Below, in pieces: positions 62,301 to 64,000 of a stretch of 64,000 bases of DNA. This DNA is from Lingula anatina (Eukaryota; Animalia; Brachiopoda). The notes under the pieces are model-generated. The model was not told the DNA's origin and searched no databases. It worked only from the letters and a program-made list of their open reading frames with translations. How positions within the stretch are numbered: position 1 is the stretch's first letter; each line of letters opens with the position of its first letter. The position numbers were made by a program, and so were the translations under genes. The stretch covers positions 15,810,001-15,874,000 of the forward strand of contig CM120640.1 of assembly GCA_051362555.1 (NCBI GenBank), given 5' to 3'.

Positions 62301-64000
62301 TCATTGGAGTCTTCAAGTTGCCCTTGGTATTGAATTTGCGGAGATTTCCGTTGTGGGACAGCTCAGCAGACATTTCTTGCCATTGGGGAATGGAGGTCTT
62401 CAGAATCATCTTGTTTTCAAAGTCGCTGATGTCTCCTCTGTGGGTCAATTCAAGAGAGGTCTCAGCCATCTTGCTGATGGGAGTCTTCAGTGTGACTTTG
62501 CTGTTGATGTCATTCTGTTGCATGGTATGGTCCATCTCCAGCGAAATCTCTTCATTGTTTCTCTTCACAATCCAAGTAGAGTCAATACGTCTCCATAAAC
62601 TCATCTGGTGATTGACTGAGGCAGAGAGCCTCTCCCAGTTGCGGAATGGGGTCATCACACTCACTTCTGACTTGAATCCCTGTGGTGTGGCAGTATGTTT
62701 AACCTCCCCAGACATCTCTTGAAAGCTTCGGAATGGAGTAGTGATCTTGGCATTTGCTCTCAAATTGTTCAAGTCCTCATTGTTGTTCACTTCCACATTG
62801 AATTCACGGTGACTTCTGATGGGTGTAATAACCTTGATTCTCAGGTTTCTCAGGATGCCAACATTGCTTGCCTCAATGGCAACCTTGTCAAACTTGGCCA
62901 TGGTTGTGGTTATGGTCAGTTTGCTGTTGAAGTCAACGATCTTGGAACCACGATGTTGGACCTCCATGTTGAACCTTTCAAATCCTGAAATTGGGGTGGT
63001 GATGGTGGCACTGGATGTGAAATCAGTTGGCACTCCATCATTAGCAACCTCGAAGGTGAACTCTCTGTAGTTGCGAACTGGAGTTGTGATCTTACCAGCA
63101 ATTTTCAAGTTCCTCAAATCCTCAGTGTTGGACACGTCAATGGTAAATACATCATAGCCTCGGAATGGAGTCTCTACCTTGGTGCTGAATTTTCTCATGA
63201 AGCCCATGTTGTTGACATTGAAGGCGAACTTCTCAAAACCACGAACAGCAGTAGTTAGTCCTACCTGGGTCTCAAAGTCAGTCAACTTGTTTCCACGGTG
63301 GGTGGCATCAAGAGCAAATTCATCATAGCCACGGAATGGAGTTGTAACCTTCATCCGGGAATTGAAGTTGGACAAGGTTCCTCTGTTGCTTACTTCCCCA
63401 GTAAACTGCTTGTTTCCTGGCAATTTCTTTGCAAGAATCTTGGTTTCAAAATCACTCATCTGTCCACGATGACTGAACTCAAGGGACATTGATTTGTAGT
63501 CATCAAACGGAGTCTGGATGATTAGAGCACTGCGTATGTCATTGGTGGCATCATTCTCTACCTTGATATTGAACTTCTTCCACCCTGGATAGGATGTAAT
63601 AAGACCTGCCTCGGTTTGGAACTGGATAGGTAGACCAGCATGGCTAAAGGCGAGCTCCATGTTCTCAAAGTTGTTGAATGGAGTCTGCATGACAAGTTTA
63701 GCTTCAGTGGTCCTAGCATGCTTGAAGATGACGGTCATTTCCATTTTCTTTGATGGAGCATAGGTCAATGCAATGTTGGATCTCAGGTCCTTCAAATGAC
63801 CTCTATGCCCAATGGTCAGCTTCACGTTTTCTACAGGCTTGAAGGGGGTCATCAAAGTCATGCTTCCCTTAACATTACCAAACCCATAGGATGCCTCATA
63901 ATCGGCAAGGATGCCGAATTTGTTTCTTTGGTTATGGGTCACCTCAGCACTTGAGCGGAAGTTCATGGGCTCACCCTCATGGTTGAAACTAGCCTGGATA
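53306..64000 (-). CDS. Apolipophorin-like large lipid transfer protein (vitellogenin/apoB superfamily), C-terminal part; 5' end lies outside the window
   Basis: Exons: 59095->64000 (open to the window edge), 58447-58945, 57975-58156, 57511-57770, 56736-57390, 56203-56569, 55834-56045, 55073-55637, 54685-54867, 54100-54474, 53578-53894, 53306-53371 (TAA), all GT-AG with consistent phases. VWD motifs (HFMTFDHKHFEYAGKCSYILARD; WYFGKTAGLFGTYDNE) and C8 (CFKQVDPQPYFEMC) follow a long beta-rich region and amphipathic helices, as in apolipophorins. Confidence 0.88.
55073..56045 (-). CDS. Apolipophorin VWD and C8 domain exons
   Basis: HFMTFD..F...G.C.Y.LA.D, C....D.C.L...GWYFGKTAGLFGTYDNE..NDF, F..SW.V..C, C8 Cys pattern. 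Confidence 0.9.
58260..58397. repeat. Perfect 69-bp tandem duplication in an apolipophorin intron
   Basis: TCTGTAGATTATTATAATTATATCGTCAGTACTC...CATGCTCAAA occurs twice (58260, 58329). Confidence 0.9.
59095..64000 (-). CDS. Giant apolipophorin exon (>1,630 codons) with internal beta-strand repeats
   Basis: Uninterrupted ORF to the window edge, donor AGG|GTAGGT at 59094; recurrent (T/S)PF..(Y/F)E....L.H.G....F motif. Confidence 0.9.

Noticed and set aside
53569-63492. Many plus-strand ORFs overlapping apolipophorin exons
   Set aside because: Antisense shadows caused by codon bias; no recognisable motifs.

Overview
AT-rich eukaryotic genomic DNA, most likely from a marine invertebrate bilaterian (inferred from gene and repeat content; no species call). 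All three protein-coding genes are on the minus strand. (1-2) Two head-to-tail paralogs, copy A (26385->4022) and copy B (50664->27726). Each has 29 exons that I assembled by hand with consistent splice phases, giving a secreted mosaic protein of about 1,460 aa: signal peptide - PAN - small Cys-rich/EGF-like module - CTHRC1-C-terminal-like - pentraxin - FN2 - FN2 - PAN - FN2 - PAN - PAN - pentraxin - CTHRC1-like - CTHRC1-like. I do not recognise this architecture. The paralogs show patchwork gene conversion. Copy A carries two stranded half-exons left by paralog-derived patches and one GA (non-GT) splice donor. (3) The 3' part of an apolipophorin/large lipid transfer protein gene (64000->53306), with a giant exon of more than 4.9 kb made of beta-rich repeats, an amphipathic helical region, VWD-C8 and a VWA-like tail. 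Introns and flanks hold two copies of a Helentron-associated (HINE-like) element with ~145-bp tandem arrays carrying AGGTCA direct repeats, a Harbinger-type MITE, smaller MITEs, a young 5'-truncated RTE-X-like LINE and microsatellites. No tRNA, rRNA or CRISPR features were seen.
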